A DNA stretch of 64,000 bases, from the NCBI GenBank assembly GCA_950097015.1, contig CATNEN010000003.1, forward strand, positions 10,540,001 to 10,604,000, written 5' to 3'. The position numbers and the translations under genes are program-made. Origin of the DNA: Macrostomum hystrix. Taxonomy: Eukaryota > Animalia > Platyhelminthes. Shown in pieces: positions 23,976 through 35,869 of the stretch (positions are counted from its first letter, which is position 1; the number at the start of each line of letters is the position of its first letter). Under the pieces are notes generated by a model that saw nothing but the letters and a program-made list of their open reading frames with translations, searched no databases and was not told the origin of the DNA.

Positions 23976-24092
23976 AACTGCCTGACAATGAGAAAGGGCA
24001 GATGTACACACCTGTGTGAGAGTATGTCTACGGACGGTATCTGTGTGCTCAGGAGTCAGTGGAATGGGCAGAATTGCCTCCTCGCTGGCTGC
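23976..24092 (-). mobile_element. SINE 3'-region fragment
   Basis: ctgcctgac.atgagaaag...gggcagatgtacacacctgtgtgag...aggagtcag...tgggcagaattgcctcctcgct matches 31572-31670. Confidence 0.7.
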
Positions 24093-24789
24093 GGGTCTAC
24101 AATCATTAAATGATGTACCATGTGCCTGAAGCTCTCCTGCAATTGTTATTGATATCAAGCTTATTATCAATGTCTCACCATGCGGTCTCAAACTAACACC
24201 CCTCAACAGGTCACTTACTGTCCGTCTTGGTCTGTTTAAATTCATTTCGCCATTTCGCCAACTCGCCCACTCGCCCACTCGTATCACTGCCCTCATTGCC
24301 TGTCCATAGCTAACCTATTTTATCTTCATTGTCTCATTAACTATGGTAGACATTTAGTATAGTTGTCTAGAAGTGTTTGTAGGCATAGTATTTTTGTTAA
24401 TCTTTTGAATCGTCTATAGAACAGACCTAACCCAAGCAAAATGCTGTAGGAAGTTTTTTGTTGCTAGTGTGACTCATTTCATATCTTTTTTGCGACCAAA
24501 ACTCTACTATATGGTACGGTAATTGCTGTTCAATGCGTGGGCGGAGACTGCATGCGTTCTACTTCTGCAATAAACTCTGTGCTCAGGTGGCAATGCGTTT
24601 CTTTAACTCTGCCGAGAGTCTACAACTCAAAAAGATTTGAGACCGCACCTGCTTTTGCTGTACCTTAACGCGAGTGTTGAGAAGACTCGCTATTAACCTA
24701 TACGCCAACGTAGACTGAATGGAGTCTGGAAAGCTAGGAAACAGAAAGGCTCAACAAAAACAGATTGTGCTAGCATAGTACACAAAATG

Positions 24790-26607
24790 TGTGAGGAGAG
24801 TTGGTGAGGGAGAGTTGGTGAGGGAGAGTAGATGAAGGAGAGTAGATGAGGGAGAGTAGATGAGGGAGAGTAGATGAGGGAGAGTAGATGAGGGAGAGTA
24901 GATGAGGGAGAGTAGATGCGGGAGAGTAGATGCGGGAGAGTAGATGCGGGAGAGTGTGTGAGGGAGAGTGGGTGAGGGAGAGTGGGTGAGGGAGAGTGGG
25001 TGAGGGAGAGTGGGTGAGGGAGAGTGGGTGAGGGAGAGTGGATGAGGGAGAGTAGATGAGGGAGAGTAGATGAGGGAGAGTAGATGCGGGGGGTGTGTGA
25101 GGGAGAGTGGGTGAGGGAGACTGGATGAGGGAGAGTGGATGAGGGAGAGTGGGTGAGGGAGAGTGGATGAGGGAGAGTGGATGAGGGAGAGTGGATGAGG
25201 GAGAGTGGATGAGGGAGAGTGGATGAGGGAGAGTGGATGAGGGAGAGTGGATGAGGGAGAGTGGATGAGGGAGAGTGGATGAGGGAGAGTGGATGAGGGT
25301 GACTGGGTGAGGGAGAGTGGATGAGGGAGAGTGGATGAGGGAGAGTGGATGAGGGAGAGTGGATGAGGGAGAGTGGATGAGGGTGACTGGGTGAGGGAGA
25401 GTGGATGAGGGAGAGTGGGTGAGGAGAGTGGATGAGGGAGAGTGGATGAGGGAGAGTGGATGAGGGAGAGTGGGTGAGGAGAGTGGGTAAGGGAGAGTGG
25501 GTAAGGGAGAGTGGGTGAGGGAGAGTGGGTGAGGGAGAGTGGGTGAGGGAGAGTAGATGAGGGAGAGTAGATGCGGGAGAGTGTGTGAGGGAGAGTGGGT
25601 GAGGGAGACTGGATGAGGGAGAGTGGATGAGGGAGAGTGGGTGAGGGAGAGTGGATGAGGGAGAGTGGATGAGGGAGAGGGGATGAGGGAGAGAAGATGA
25701 GGGAGACTGGATGAGGGAGAGTGGGTGAGGGAGAGTGGGTGAGGGAGAGTGGATGAGGGAGAGTGGATGAGGGAGAGTGGATGAGGGAGAGTGGATGAGG
25801 GAGAGTGGATGAGGGAGAGTGGGTGAGGGAGAGTGGATGAGGAGAGTTGGTGAGGGAGAGTGGATGAGGGAGAGTAGATGAGGGAGAGTAGATGAGGGAG
25901 AGTGGGTGAGGGAGAGTGGGTGAGGGAGAGTGGATGAGGGAGAGTGGATGAGTGAGAGTGGGTGAGGGAGAGTGGATGAGGGAGAGTGGGTGAGGGAGAG
26001 TGTGTGAGGGAGAGTAGATGAGGGAGAGTGTGTGAGGAGAGTTGGTGAGGGAGAGTGTGTGAGGGAGAGTAGATGAGGGAGAGTAGATGAGGGAGAGTAG
26101 ATGAGGGAGAGTAGATGAGGGAGAGTGGATGAGGGAGAGTAGATGAGGGAGAGTAGATGAGGGAGAGTGGGTGAGGGAGAGTGGGTGAGTGAGAGTGGAT
26201 GAGGGAGAGTGGATGAGGGAGAGTGGATGAGGGAGAGTGGGTGAGGGAGAGTGGATGAGGGAGAGTGGGTGAGGGAGAGTGGATGAGGGAGAGTGGATGA
26301 GGGAGAGTGGGTGAGGGAGAGTGGATGAGGGAGAGCGGATGAGGGAGAGTGGATGAGGGAGAGTGGGTGAGGGAGAGTGGATGAGGGAGAGTGGATGAGG
26401 GAGAGCGGATGAGGGAGAGTGGGTGAGGGAGAGTGGGTGAGGGAGAGTGTGTGAGGGAGAGTGGATGAGGGAGAGTGGATGAGGAAGAGTGGGTGAGGGA
26501 GAGTGGGTGAGGGAGAGTGGGTGAGGGAGAGTGGGTGAGGGAGAGTGGGTGAGGGAGAGTGGGTGAGGGAGAGTGGGTTGTGGGGTGGTTGAGCGGTGAG
26601 GGAGAGT
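24790..26607. repeat. 14-bp G-rich minisatellite (GAGGGAGAGTGG[A/G]T)
   Basis: About 128 copies; source of the spurious 658-aa ORF. Confidence 0.97.
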
Positions 26608-26611
26608 ACTT

Positions 26612-26718
26612 TATTTAGCGGCAGGGTAAACCAAAGCAAGGCAGAGTTAAGTGTCGAGCTAAAAAGCACAACTTTTCAAGCTAAGAATCGAACCCCTGAC
26701 CTTCAAGTCGAAGTTAGC
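26612..26718 (-). mobile_element. Diverged SINE fragment (B box plus CORE)
   Basis: gggtaaaccaaagcaaggcagagttaagtgtc...gaatcgaacccctgaccttcaagtcg aligns with 31800-31910. Confidence 0.7.
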
Positions 26719-26918
26719 AAGCAATATCAGGGGAACGTTAGTTAAGAAACTATGATACTATAACTTACTATCAATCAAACGACGAATAGTTGCAGTGTTT
26801 GCTTTGATTGTCTATGGAAATTAGACATGCGCTTCCACGCAGAAACTTTTGAATTGTAAATAAAGTAAATTTATAATAAAGTGATTTCTGCTGAAACCAA
26901 ATAGAAGTAGCATTAACA

Positions 26919-27317
26919 ATGCGTCAATCAGTATTGACTAAGTTATTCTTTATGTCCCTAGCAACAACAGCTGCCCTAGCTACATCATTAGCCCAGAACA
27001 ATTCCAATATAACTGGCAACAAGACTGCAGAGCCGCTTCTTAAACGAGTTAAAAGAAACAAATTTGTGCAGAAATTTGCAGAAAAATCTAAAGGCGACCA
27101 AGGACAAGTGTCAGAGTTTCAGAAGCGATACAACACTAGGGTCTGGCCTGTCATCGCCTGGAAGACAGACTCTGACATCTTTGACATTGGCGACGACGGT
27201 TTGATTGAGAGCAGCCCGTTTGAGGCCGTCAGTGAAGATGACGCCAAATTGGCTGTATACAATCTGGACGATTTCAGTTTGAAGCCTAAAATCACCTACA
27301 AAGGTCAGCTGACTCTG
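26919..27317 (+). CDS. Orphan secreted preproprotein, exon 1
   Basis: ATG, signal-peptide-like MRQSVLTKLFFMSLATTAALA, NxS/T sequons, furin-type KRVKR; consensus donor CTG|GTGAGT at 27318 (phase 0); TATA-like TTATAATAAA at ~26871. Confidence 0.72.
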
Positions 27318-27387
27318 GTGAGTAGTCTATGAGCAGCTTAAGGTTTTAGGCTTGTCAACTAACCTAAGGAAAACCTATACATAGGAT

Positions 27388-27976
27388 GGGTTTAGGATTC
27401 TCTTTAGGAGTTTAGGATTCTCTTTAGGAGTTTAGGATTCTCTTTAGGAGTTTAGGATTCTCTTTAGAAGTTTAGGATTGTCTTTAGGAGTTTAGGATTC
27501 TATTTCAGAGTTTAGGTTTCTCTTTAGGAGTTAGGATTCTCTTTAGGAGTTTAGGATTCTCTTTAGGAGTTTAGGATTCTCTTTAGAAGTTTAGGATTGT
27601 CTTTAGGAGTTTAGGATTCTATTTCAGAGTTTAGGATTCTCTTTAGGAGTTAAGGATTCTCTTCAGGAGTTAAGGATTCTCTTCAGGAGTTAAGGATTCT
27701 CTTCAGGAGTTAAGGATTCTCTTCAGGAGTTAAGGATTCTCTTTAGGAGTTAAGGATTCTCTTCAGGAGTTAAGGATTCTCTTTAGGAGTTAAGGATTCT
27801 CTTTAGGAGTTAAGGATTCTCTTTAGGAGTTAAGGATTGTCTTTAGGAGTTTAGGATTCTATTTCAGAGTTTAGGATTCTCTTTAGGAGTTAGGATTCTC
27901 TTTAGGAGTTAGGATTCTCTTTAGGAGTTTAGGAATCTCTTCAGGAGTTAAGGATTCTTTTTAGGAGTTTAGCATT
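27388..27976. repeat. 20-bp intronic minisatellite (TTTAGGATTCTCTTTAGGAG)
   Basis: About 29 copies. Confidence 0.96.
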
Positions 27977-28117
27977 CTACGAGTATTTAGGAGAATTTAG
28001 GATTTTTAAGGATGATATTAGAATTACTCGTAGAATTATCTTTAAGATGCGTTTTTTGTCTATTTTGAATATTTGAATCGAACCCAGTAATTTTCTGACC
28101 AGCAAAAACACACCCAG

Positions 28118-28429
28118 GTTCAGAAGCGAGTGGATGTGTACAACAAGTCATTTATAATAGCCTGCCTAATTATCTTCGGCGCCAACGTCACTCTGGTATT
28201 CATTCACTATTGGCTAGTTGCCCTGTCTCGTCTTTTACTCCATTCGGGCCTAAAGATCGAATTCAAGTCTACAGGAGGACCAGGTCGTCAAGAATTCATC
28301 TACGAACACGCCTTCAACATCCAGGAGGACTTGCTGAACAATCCTGCCGGCAGCAGCGAGCGAAGCCTCGTTGCCTGCATCACGGATGCCGTGGTGGCAA
28401 TCGAGAGCTTCACTAGGACTCACTCTTGA
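28118..28429 (+). CDS. Orphan secreted preproprotein, 3' exon(s); possible 60-nt intron 28196-28255
   Basis: In-phase acceptor cacccAG at 28117 (in-frame alternatives at 28102 and 28123); open to TGA 28429; AATAAA at ~28488. Confidence 0.62.
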   Translation, partial: VQKRVDVYNKSFIIACLIIFGANVTLVFIHYWLVALSRLLLHSGLKIEFKSTGGPGRQEFIYEHAFNIQEDLLNNPAGSSERSLVACITDAVVAIESFTRTHS

Positions 28430-28585
28430 GTGCTCAAGCTGGTACTTTTATTGTACAAAAAAATTAAAATAGAGATAAATAACTTTCAATAAAATATAAT
28501 ACAAAAAATACTTTTTTTCCGTTGATACTGTAATTTTTCGGTCATTACAAAGCGAAAGAGCATTCTTATTTTAAGATTCTAACTA

Positions 28586-29552
28586 TTTCAAAATGAGAAT
28601 GGGTGGAATTCAAAATGGCACTGCAGATTTGAGAATGGATGTAATTCAAAATGGCACTGCAGATTTGAGAATGGATGCAATTCAAAATGGCACTGCAGAT
28701 TTGAGAATGGATGCAATTCAAAATGGCACTGCAGATTTGAGAATGGATGCAATTCAAAATGGCGCTGCAGATTTGAGAATGGATGCAATTCAAAATGGCG
28801 CTGCAGATTTGAGAATGGATGCAATTCAAAATGGCGCTGCAGATTTGAGAATGGATGCAATTCAAAATGGCACTGCAGATTTGAGAATGGATGCAATTCA
28901 AAATGGCGCTGCAGATTTGAGAATGGATGCAATTCAAAATGGCACTGCAGATTTGAGAATGGATGCAATTCAAAATGGCGCTGCAGATTTGAGAATGGAT
29001 GCAATTCAAAATGGCACTGCAGATTTGAGAATGGATGCAATTCAAAATGGCGCTGCAGATTTGAGAATGGATGCAATTCAAAATGGCACTGCAGATTTGA
29101 GAATGGATGCAATTCAAAATGGCGCTGCAGATTTGAGAATGGATGCAATTCAAAATGGCACTGCAGATTTGAGAATGGATGCAATTCAAAATGGCGCTGC
29201 AGATTTGAGAATGGATGCAATTCAAAATGGCACTGCAGATTTGAGAATGGATGCACTTCAAAATGGCACTGCAGATTTGAGAATGGATGCAATTCAAAAT
29301 GGCACTGCAGATTTGAGAATGGATGCAATTCAAAGTGGCACTGCAGATTTGAGAATGGATTCAATTCGAAATGGGACTGCAGATTTGAGAATGGATGCAA
29401 TTCGAAATGGCACTGCAGATTTGAGAATGGATGTAATTCGAAATGGCACTGCAGATTTGAGAATGGATGCAATTCAAAATGGCGCTGCAGATTTGAGAAT
29501 GGATGGAGTTCAAAATGGCGCTGCAGATTTGAGAACGGATGGAGTTCAAAAT
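28586..29552. repeat. 36-bp tandem array (ATTCAAAATGGC[A/G]CTGCAGATTTGAGAATGGATGCA)
   Basis: About 26 near-identical copies between two convergent gene ends. Confidence 0.97.
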
Positions 29553-30083
29553 AAAAAAGTCATAAAATATGTACAAGATAGTGAGTTCTGTTTAAAGAAA
29601 GTATATTTTTTGTATCAATACAAAATAGTTTTTTACAGACTGCTTATATTTAGAAAAAAAACAAATTTTAAACTAAAAACTACTCAGTAAATTAAAGCAG
29701 AGAAATTATAGAAGAGAAACTAAATAGGACAAAGACTAACAAAGTGTTCGGCTGTTGACAAAATCAATTGTCAACCGTACCAAGAATGTGTCAAAGTGTA
29801 CAAACTAAACGAAATCTTGCAGTCTAGAGCAAATTTATTAGAACTGTAAAAATATTCATCTATAGATATTCGTCACACACTACTTGTTCGAAATGTTGTA
29901 AGTAGTATCAATGAGGCAATCATTTATTGTCGCATAAAATAAAAAGAGGAGGAAAAAACTAGCAAACTCTCAGTTGAAAGTAACGATAAAACGAAAAAAG
30001 TGCATTAAATAATTATGAAGTCGAATGTTTTACTTGGGAGATAAGAAACAGTTAGAATTGAATTATAATTTACGTTTAGCTAG

Positions 30084-30243
30084 TTAATGAACAGCCGCAG
30101 ATTTGACTCCAGACAATGAACCCAGGTACTTAGCAACCAGCTGATCAGCATATTGCCTAGCACTTGGTGATAGATCAACGCCTGGGGACTGCTTTGGCAG
30201 CTGCTGCTGCTGCTGCTGCTGCTGAGACTGATTGTCTGATTGC
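30084..30243 (-). CDS. Coiled-coil/Pro-rich protein, last exon
   Basis: Acceptor cctttttgtcAG at 30244, phase 2, matching donor GA|GTGAGT at 30345; encodes EQSDNQSQ8LPK...ADQLVAKYLGSLSGVKSAAVH*. Confidence 0.75.
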
Positions 30244-30345
30244 CTGACAAAAAGGAAATGTGCGTTCGTTAGTGAAACGACACAAAAATATGGGTAAACT
30301 GAAGCAATGCAGAGTTAAAATTCGGGAAACGAGCACGGCACTCAC

Positions 30346-30850
30346 TCTCTGATGAATCTTAAATCCAAGCGCGGCACAATGGGACTACCGTAGAGAGCCT
30401 CTGCTGATGATTCGCGAAATCTTTGCTTGACCTGTTCCAAAGTTTTCACCAGATCTGCTTCCGGGTCCGTATAGGAAGCTGGAACAGTTGCGGGAGAAGA
30501 AGCATCGGCAGCAGCAGCAGCAGCAGCAGCAGCTTCCTGGCGCAGCCGCAGAGCCGCTTGTGCCCTCAATCGGCTGAGCAGTCCACGACTCGGCGGACTT
30601 TTCATTCTCTCTTCCACAAAGAAGCCTTCGTCGGCGTCGAAATCTTCAACGCCAGTGTCGTCATTGTCGTCAGCGTCATTGTCGTCGTCCGAGTAGTTCT
30701 CGTCTCGAAATTTGACAACATTCTGACGCACCTCCGACAGGTTGGAGTCGTCGGCGCCGATTAAGACTGCAGATTGACGACCGCCGAGGGCTGGTAGGCG
30801 GGCGAGGAAGCTGCGAACTCGTTCGGATATTTCGCGATCTTCTTGACGCT

Positions 30851-30887
<37 letters not shown>

Positions 30888-31416
30888 AGGAGGAGGTGGC
30901 GGAGGAGGTGGAGGGGGCGGAGCTGCACGATCATTGGTTCTCCTTGGCGATACAACTAGAAGGAGTTCGTCTTGAATCTGCGGCCTGAGTTGCTCCTTCC
31001 GGTCATCCGATACGAACCTCCTCTGCCACGCCACAGACGGAGCTCTTGGTCCACCGTCTGATACTGGCGGCACTCGAGTTAGTAGGAGATTGCCCCGACG
31101 ATTCGGTGGCAGACGGTCTTCCAGTACGTAGCCGCCAGCGCTGACTGGGCCCTTGGCCGTCCAGCTCGGCTGGGATTCGAAGTCCACCGCACCGGCAACC
31201 TCCTCGTGGTTGTCAAGGACTCGCGGCTCTTCCAGATCTCGCAGCGCCGCTTTGGCCGCATCGATGACGGCCCGATGCTCCGAGTCCCTGGCAACGGATG
31301 TAACCAGCGGCTGCGGCCTCGACTGCGGCCGAAGCTTTTCAACTTCGAATTCTAGTCGGCGAAGCTGTTGACGAAGAGTTTCGCTCTCCAGCTGTTGAAC
31401 AGTCTCCTGATTGGAC
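30346..31416 (-). CDS. Coiled-coil/Pro-rich protein, penultimate exon
   Basis: Acceptor tttttgccttAG at 31417 (phase 2); open frame SNQETVQQLESETLRQQLRRLEFEVEKL... continuing into ORF 30342-31187 with poly-Pro, acidic and poly-Ala tracts. Confidence 0.8.
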
Positions 31417-31469
31417 CTAAGGCAAAAAGCGATATGTTAATTGGATACAGGATACGATTCCGCGGCGAG

Positions 31470-31935
31470 GCCACTTTCATTTGGGGCGCAGCCGCGGAGA
31501 GAAGGCTTGGGGACTTGTCGTGCAATTTGCGCCCTTGAGGGCCAACCTCCAAGGCACAGTGAGAGTGTGTACACTGCCTGACGATGAGAAAGTCAGGGCA
31601 GATGTACACACCTGTGTGAGTATGTGCCCAGGAGTCAGCCAACTGGGCAGAATTGCCTCCTCGCTAGCCAGATGTACAGCCAGCGGCACAGCCGCAGCCA
31701 TTGCCCGGCTTTTTCAAAGGTTTGTGTACAGATGTTCAGTCCGTGGACTTAAGAAGCCGCCAGACCGACCCAAATTTCGTCCCCATCTGACGCTCGCATC
31801 CATTTAACAGCTGGGTGAACTGAAGCAATGCAGAGTTAAGTGTCTTGCTAAACGACACAAATTGTTCCAGTTCGAGTCGGGAATCGAACCCCCCGACCTT
31901 CAAGTCGTGAGTCCGGCGCACTAACAACTAGACTA
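31470..31935 (-). mobile_element. Most complete copy of the CORE-type SINE (intronic)
   Basis: On the minus strand: A-box-like TAGTCTAGTTG, B box GGTTCGATTCC, CORE-like block, CAGTCC..GGACT palindrome and a 3' hairpin region shared with 23976-24092. The 3' end is approximate. Confidence 0.8.
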
Positions 31936-32179
31936 AAACCTCTAACCAAAATTGTAATAAGCAGAAAAATTGTCACGACGAAATCTTGAGAGGAGAAAAG
32001 TTATGCCTACATTGGTGGTTTTTGCCAACAGATACCCGACGAAAATCGTTGAACATCTCGACGATGCCGATGCGATGCCAAAAATTCTAGCCCGTGTTCT
32101 GGATTTTCATGTCGATTGGTAAAATATTTCGAAAGAGACAAAAAATAAAAATTTGTGTATATAAACTGCCTTCGAGTAC

Positions 32180-32508
32180 CTTCTGGTGTTGTCAACGGCG
32201 GCAGCACTGGCGCTAGCCAGTCGAGCTGCCAGATCCGTGTTCTCCTCCTGCATTCTGGTCAGCTGTCTCTCTAGTCCAGCAATGCGTCTCTCCAAGGCGC
32301 CCACAATGGCCAACTGCTGCTGCTGTTGCTGCCGATAAAGCAGCTCATTTAATCGATTGTCTTCATCGTAGTTGTCGTCCACTTTAGTTTCGTAGCGACT
32401 GTCGGCAGCTGTTGATGCGACTAGTTGGGATTTCATCTCGAGATTCTGTCGGCGCAAAGGTTCAAGCTGGTCTGTGAGGCTGTCCAGTTCCAGCTGACGA
32501 GAGCGAAG
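32180..32508 (-). CDS. Coiled-coil/Pro-rich protein, internal coiled-coil exon
   Basis: Acceptor ttttatccgccgcAG at 32509 (phase 0); LRSRQLELDSLTDQLEPLRRQNLEMK...LERRIAGLERQLTRMQEENTDL heptads; donor AG|GTACTC at 32179 (phase 2) fits the next exon. Confidence 0.8.
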
Positions 32509-32559
32509 CTGCGGCGGATAAAAGTACATTTTCTAAATATCTTTCTCGAAATTTGGTGA

Positions 32560-33552
32560 GAATAGAGATGGGTAGGGATGCATTGGATAGGATAGAGAGG
32601 GGTAGGGATGTATTGGATGGGATTGAGAGGGGTAGGGATGTATTGGATGGGATTGAGAGGGGTAGGGATGCATTGGATGGGATTGAGAGGGGTAGGGATG
32701 CATTGGATGGGATTGAGAGGGGTAGGGATGCATTGGATGGGATTGAGAGGGGTAGGGATGTATTGGGTAGGATTGAGAGGGGTAGGGATGTATTGGATGT
32801 GATTGAGAGGGGTAGGGATGTATTGGGTAGGATTGAGAGGGGTAGGGATGCATTGGGTAGGATAGAGAGGGGTAGGGATGCATTGGGTAGGATTGAGAGG
32901 GGTAGGGATGCATTGGGTAGGATTGAGAGGGGTAGGGATGTATAGGGTAGGATAGAGAGGGGTAGGGATGCATTGGGTAGGATTGAGAGGGGTAGGGATG
33001 TATTGGGTAGGATTGAGAGGGTAGGGATGCATTGGATGGAATTGAGAGGGGTAGGGATGCATTGGATGGAATTGAGAGGGGTAGGGATGCATTGGATGGG
33101 ATTGAGAGGGGTAGGGATGCATTGGATGGGATTGAGAGGGGTAGGGATGCATTGGATGGGATTGAGAGGGGTAGGGATGCATTGGGTAGGATTGAGAGGG
33201 GTAGGGATGTATTGGGTAGGATTGAGAGGGTAGGGATGCATTGGATGGAATTGAGAGGGGTAGGGATGCATTGGATGGGATTGAGAGGGGTAGGGATGCA
33301 TTGGGTAGGATTGAGAGGGGTAGGGATGTATTGGGTAGGATTGAGAGGGTAGGGATGCATTGGATGGAATTGAGAGGGGTAGGGATGCATTGGATGGAAT
33401 TGAGAGGGGTAGGGATGCATTGGATGGGATTGAGAGGGGTAGGGATGCATTGGATGGGATTGAGAGGGGTAGGGATGCATTGGATGGGATTGAGAGGGGT
33501 AGGGATGCATTGGATGGGATTGAGAGGGGTAGGGATGTATTGGGTAGGATTG
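32560..33552. repeat. 29/30-bp G-rich minisatellite (GATTGAGAGGGGTAGGGATGCATTGGATGG)
   Basis: About 33 copies. Confidence 0.97.
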
Positions 33553-34464
33553 AAAGGGGAAGAATGACACAGAAAGGATTAGAAAAGGTTAACTACTAGA
33601 GAGGATAATGTAGACGAGAGATAAAGAAATACCCAATAATATTTCTGAAAGCAAAGACCTAAAAAATTCCTAGAAAACAGTTGTAGTATAACAAAAAAAT
33701 TATTTATCATATCCAGGGACTACTAAAACACTCTGATCATATCGAAAAGCTAATCTTAACTAATCTCGTCGACAGGATAAAATAAAAAAGGTAGCTGGAA
33801 ACCACCTATTCTACCTGTGAGAAATGAAATAACTAGAAAACTAATTTGAGAATTTCGGGTTTGTTAGAAAAGTGTTTGCTTTAAAACGTTGGCAAACAGA
33901 AAACTACTAATAAGGCAGATAGATTTACCGTAAAAACTATTCGTTGGAATCAATTGAGTTTCATGCAGGTCTGGCTGTAGGAATTGTATATTTACACTCA
34001 CACACTAGAAGCAACAGCAGCAGCAGCAGCAGCAGCAGTAGGAGGGTTCAGTGTCTTAGAATCCCAGTTTTTTGGCCGGGTCTTTTGTGTGTTCCGCGGT
34101 TGGCAAGAGATGTGCGTCAGAAACGAGAAATATAATATAAGCTAGACTTAAGGGGTGTACATTCAATGGCCTTCTCTAAGTAACTATGGGGCCAACGCCC
34201 TAACTCTTATTTTTTCTCTGTCTGTCTCTCCTAGCCACCATTCCTTCGCCTATTCTCTTCATATTGCTTTGGCTTCTCTGAATTAAATCTCTGCCTTTTT
34301 TTACTTCGCATGCAAATTAACATTTTTCTCTTGCCCGTTGCTTGGGTACCTTATTCTGTAAGCCTTGCCACAGCTTTGCCAGCACTAAGTCAGTATTGTT
34401 TAAGTCTGGCTTTTCCTGTAACTAGGTCTGCCTTGTAAGTCTTAGGCTGTACTACACAGCGAAA

Positions 34465-35507
34465 TGTCTTCAGGCCTCAGGCCTCAATCCCCTGAGTCTT
34501 CAGGCCTCAGTCCCCCGTGTCTTCAGGCATCAGCCCCTTGTGTCTTCAGGCCTCAGTCCCCTGTGTCTTCAGGCCTCAGTCACCTGGATCTTCAGGCCTC
34601 AGTCACCTGTGTCTTCAGGCCTCAGTCCCCTGGATCTTCAGGCCTCAGTCCCCCGTATCTTCAGGCATCAGCCCCTTGTGTCTTCAGGCCTCAGTCCCCT
34701 GTGTCTTCAGGCCTCAGTCACCTGGATCTTCAGGCCTCAGTCACCTGTGTCTTCAGGCCTCAGTCCCCTGGATCTTCAGGCCTCAGTCTCATGTGTCTTC
34801 AGGCCTCAGTCCCATGTGTCTTCAGGCCTCAGTCCCCTGTGTCTTCAGGCCTCAGTCCCCTGGATCTTCAGGCCTCAGTCACCTGGATCTTCAGGCCTCA
34901 GTCCCCTGTGTCTTCAGGCCTCAGTCCCCTGGATCTTCAGGCCTCAGTCACCTGTGTCTTCAGGCCTCAGTCCCCTGGATCTTCAGGCCTCAGTCACCTG
35001 TGTCTTCAGGCCTCAGTCCCCTGTGTCTTCAGGCCTCAGTCCCCCGTGTCTTCAGGCCTCAGTCCCCTGTGCCTTCAGGCCTCAGTCACCTGTGTCTTCA
35101 GGCCTCAGTCTCATGTGTCTTCAGGCCTCAGTCCCCTGTGCCTTTAGGCCTCAGTCTCATGTGTCTTCAGGCCTCAGTCACCTGTGTCTTCAGGCCTCAG
35201 TCTCATGTGTCTTCAGGCCTCAGTCCCCTGTGTCTTCAGGCCTCAGTCTCATGTGTCTTCAGGCCTCAGTCTCATGTGTCTTCAGGCCTCAGTCTCATGT
35301 GTCTTCAGGCCTCAGTCTCATGTGTCTTCAGGCCTCAGTCCCCTGTGTCTTCAGGCCTCAGTCCCCTGTGCCTTCAGGCCTCAGTCACCTGTGTCTTCAG
35401 GCCTCAGTCTCATGTGTCTTCAGACCTCAGTCCCCTGTGCCTTCAGGCCTCAGTCTCATGTGTCTTCAGGCCTCAGTCTCATGTGTCTTCAGGCCTCAGT
35501 CCATGTG
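34465..35507. repeat. 23-bp minisatellite (TCTTCAGGCCTCAGTCCCCTGTG)
   Basis: About 45 copies. Confidence 0.97.
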
Positions 35508-35869
35508 GATTTATTTGAAATTTTAAGACCAGTTTTTTATCATCATATGCCGAGGCATTCGTACCATAGTCCTATTCAAATTTTCGACTAGCATGATAGC
35601 ATAAATCAGTAATGTATTTTTTTAATTGGAAGATCAGCAGACAGAGGCTAGCTTTTTTGTCACAATAACTCAGCCGTCATAACTAAAATTTACCTAAGGG
35701 AGATTGCAATTTGATAATAACAAATAGTACATGCAACTGAATCAATAAAAAACGGTCACGATTATTTGAGTATATAATATTTAGAATTTATGAGATGAGA
35801 TCCGATACATTTTAAAGGGGTGGGTTTGAGATTAGAAGAAAGTAAACAGGATTTGAAAGGACTAGATTT

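Noticed and set aside
23931-24296. 121-aa minus-strand ORF with a donor-like ACA|GTAAGT
   Set aside because: It runs into a SINE fragment and has no homology; it might be a UTR exon but cannot be supported from sequence alone.
27388-27976. Interstitial telomeric repeat
   Set aside because: TTAGGA occurs within a 20-bp unit; it is not a (TTAGGG)n tract.
28593-29690. 365-aa ORF of DLRMDAIQNGTA repeats
   Set aside because: The 36-bp unit is open in frames on both strands, there is no non-repetitive coding context, and it lies between convergent 3' ends.
31574-31601. Hammerhead-like CTGACGA...GAAA-GTC
   Set aside because: There is no room for stem II or stem III and the stem I register does not fit; a simple hairpin explains it better.
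33944-34135. Short ORF with a (CAG)n run
   Set aside because: A stop follows the Gln run immediately in that frame, and no phase-compatible partner exon was found.
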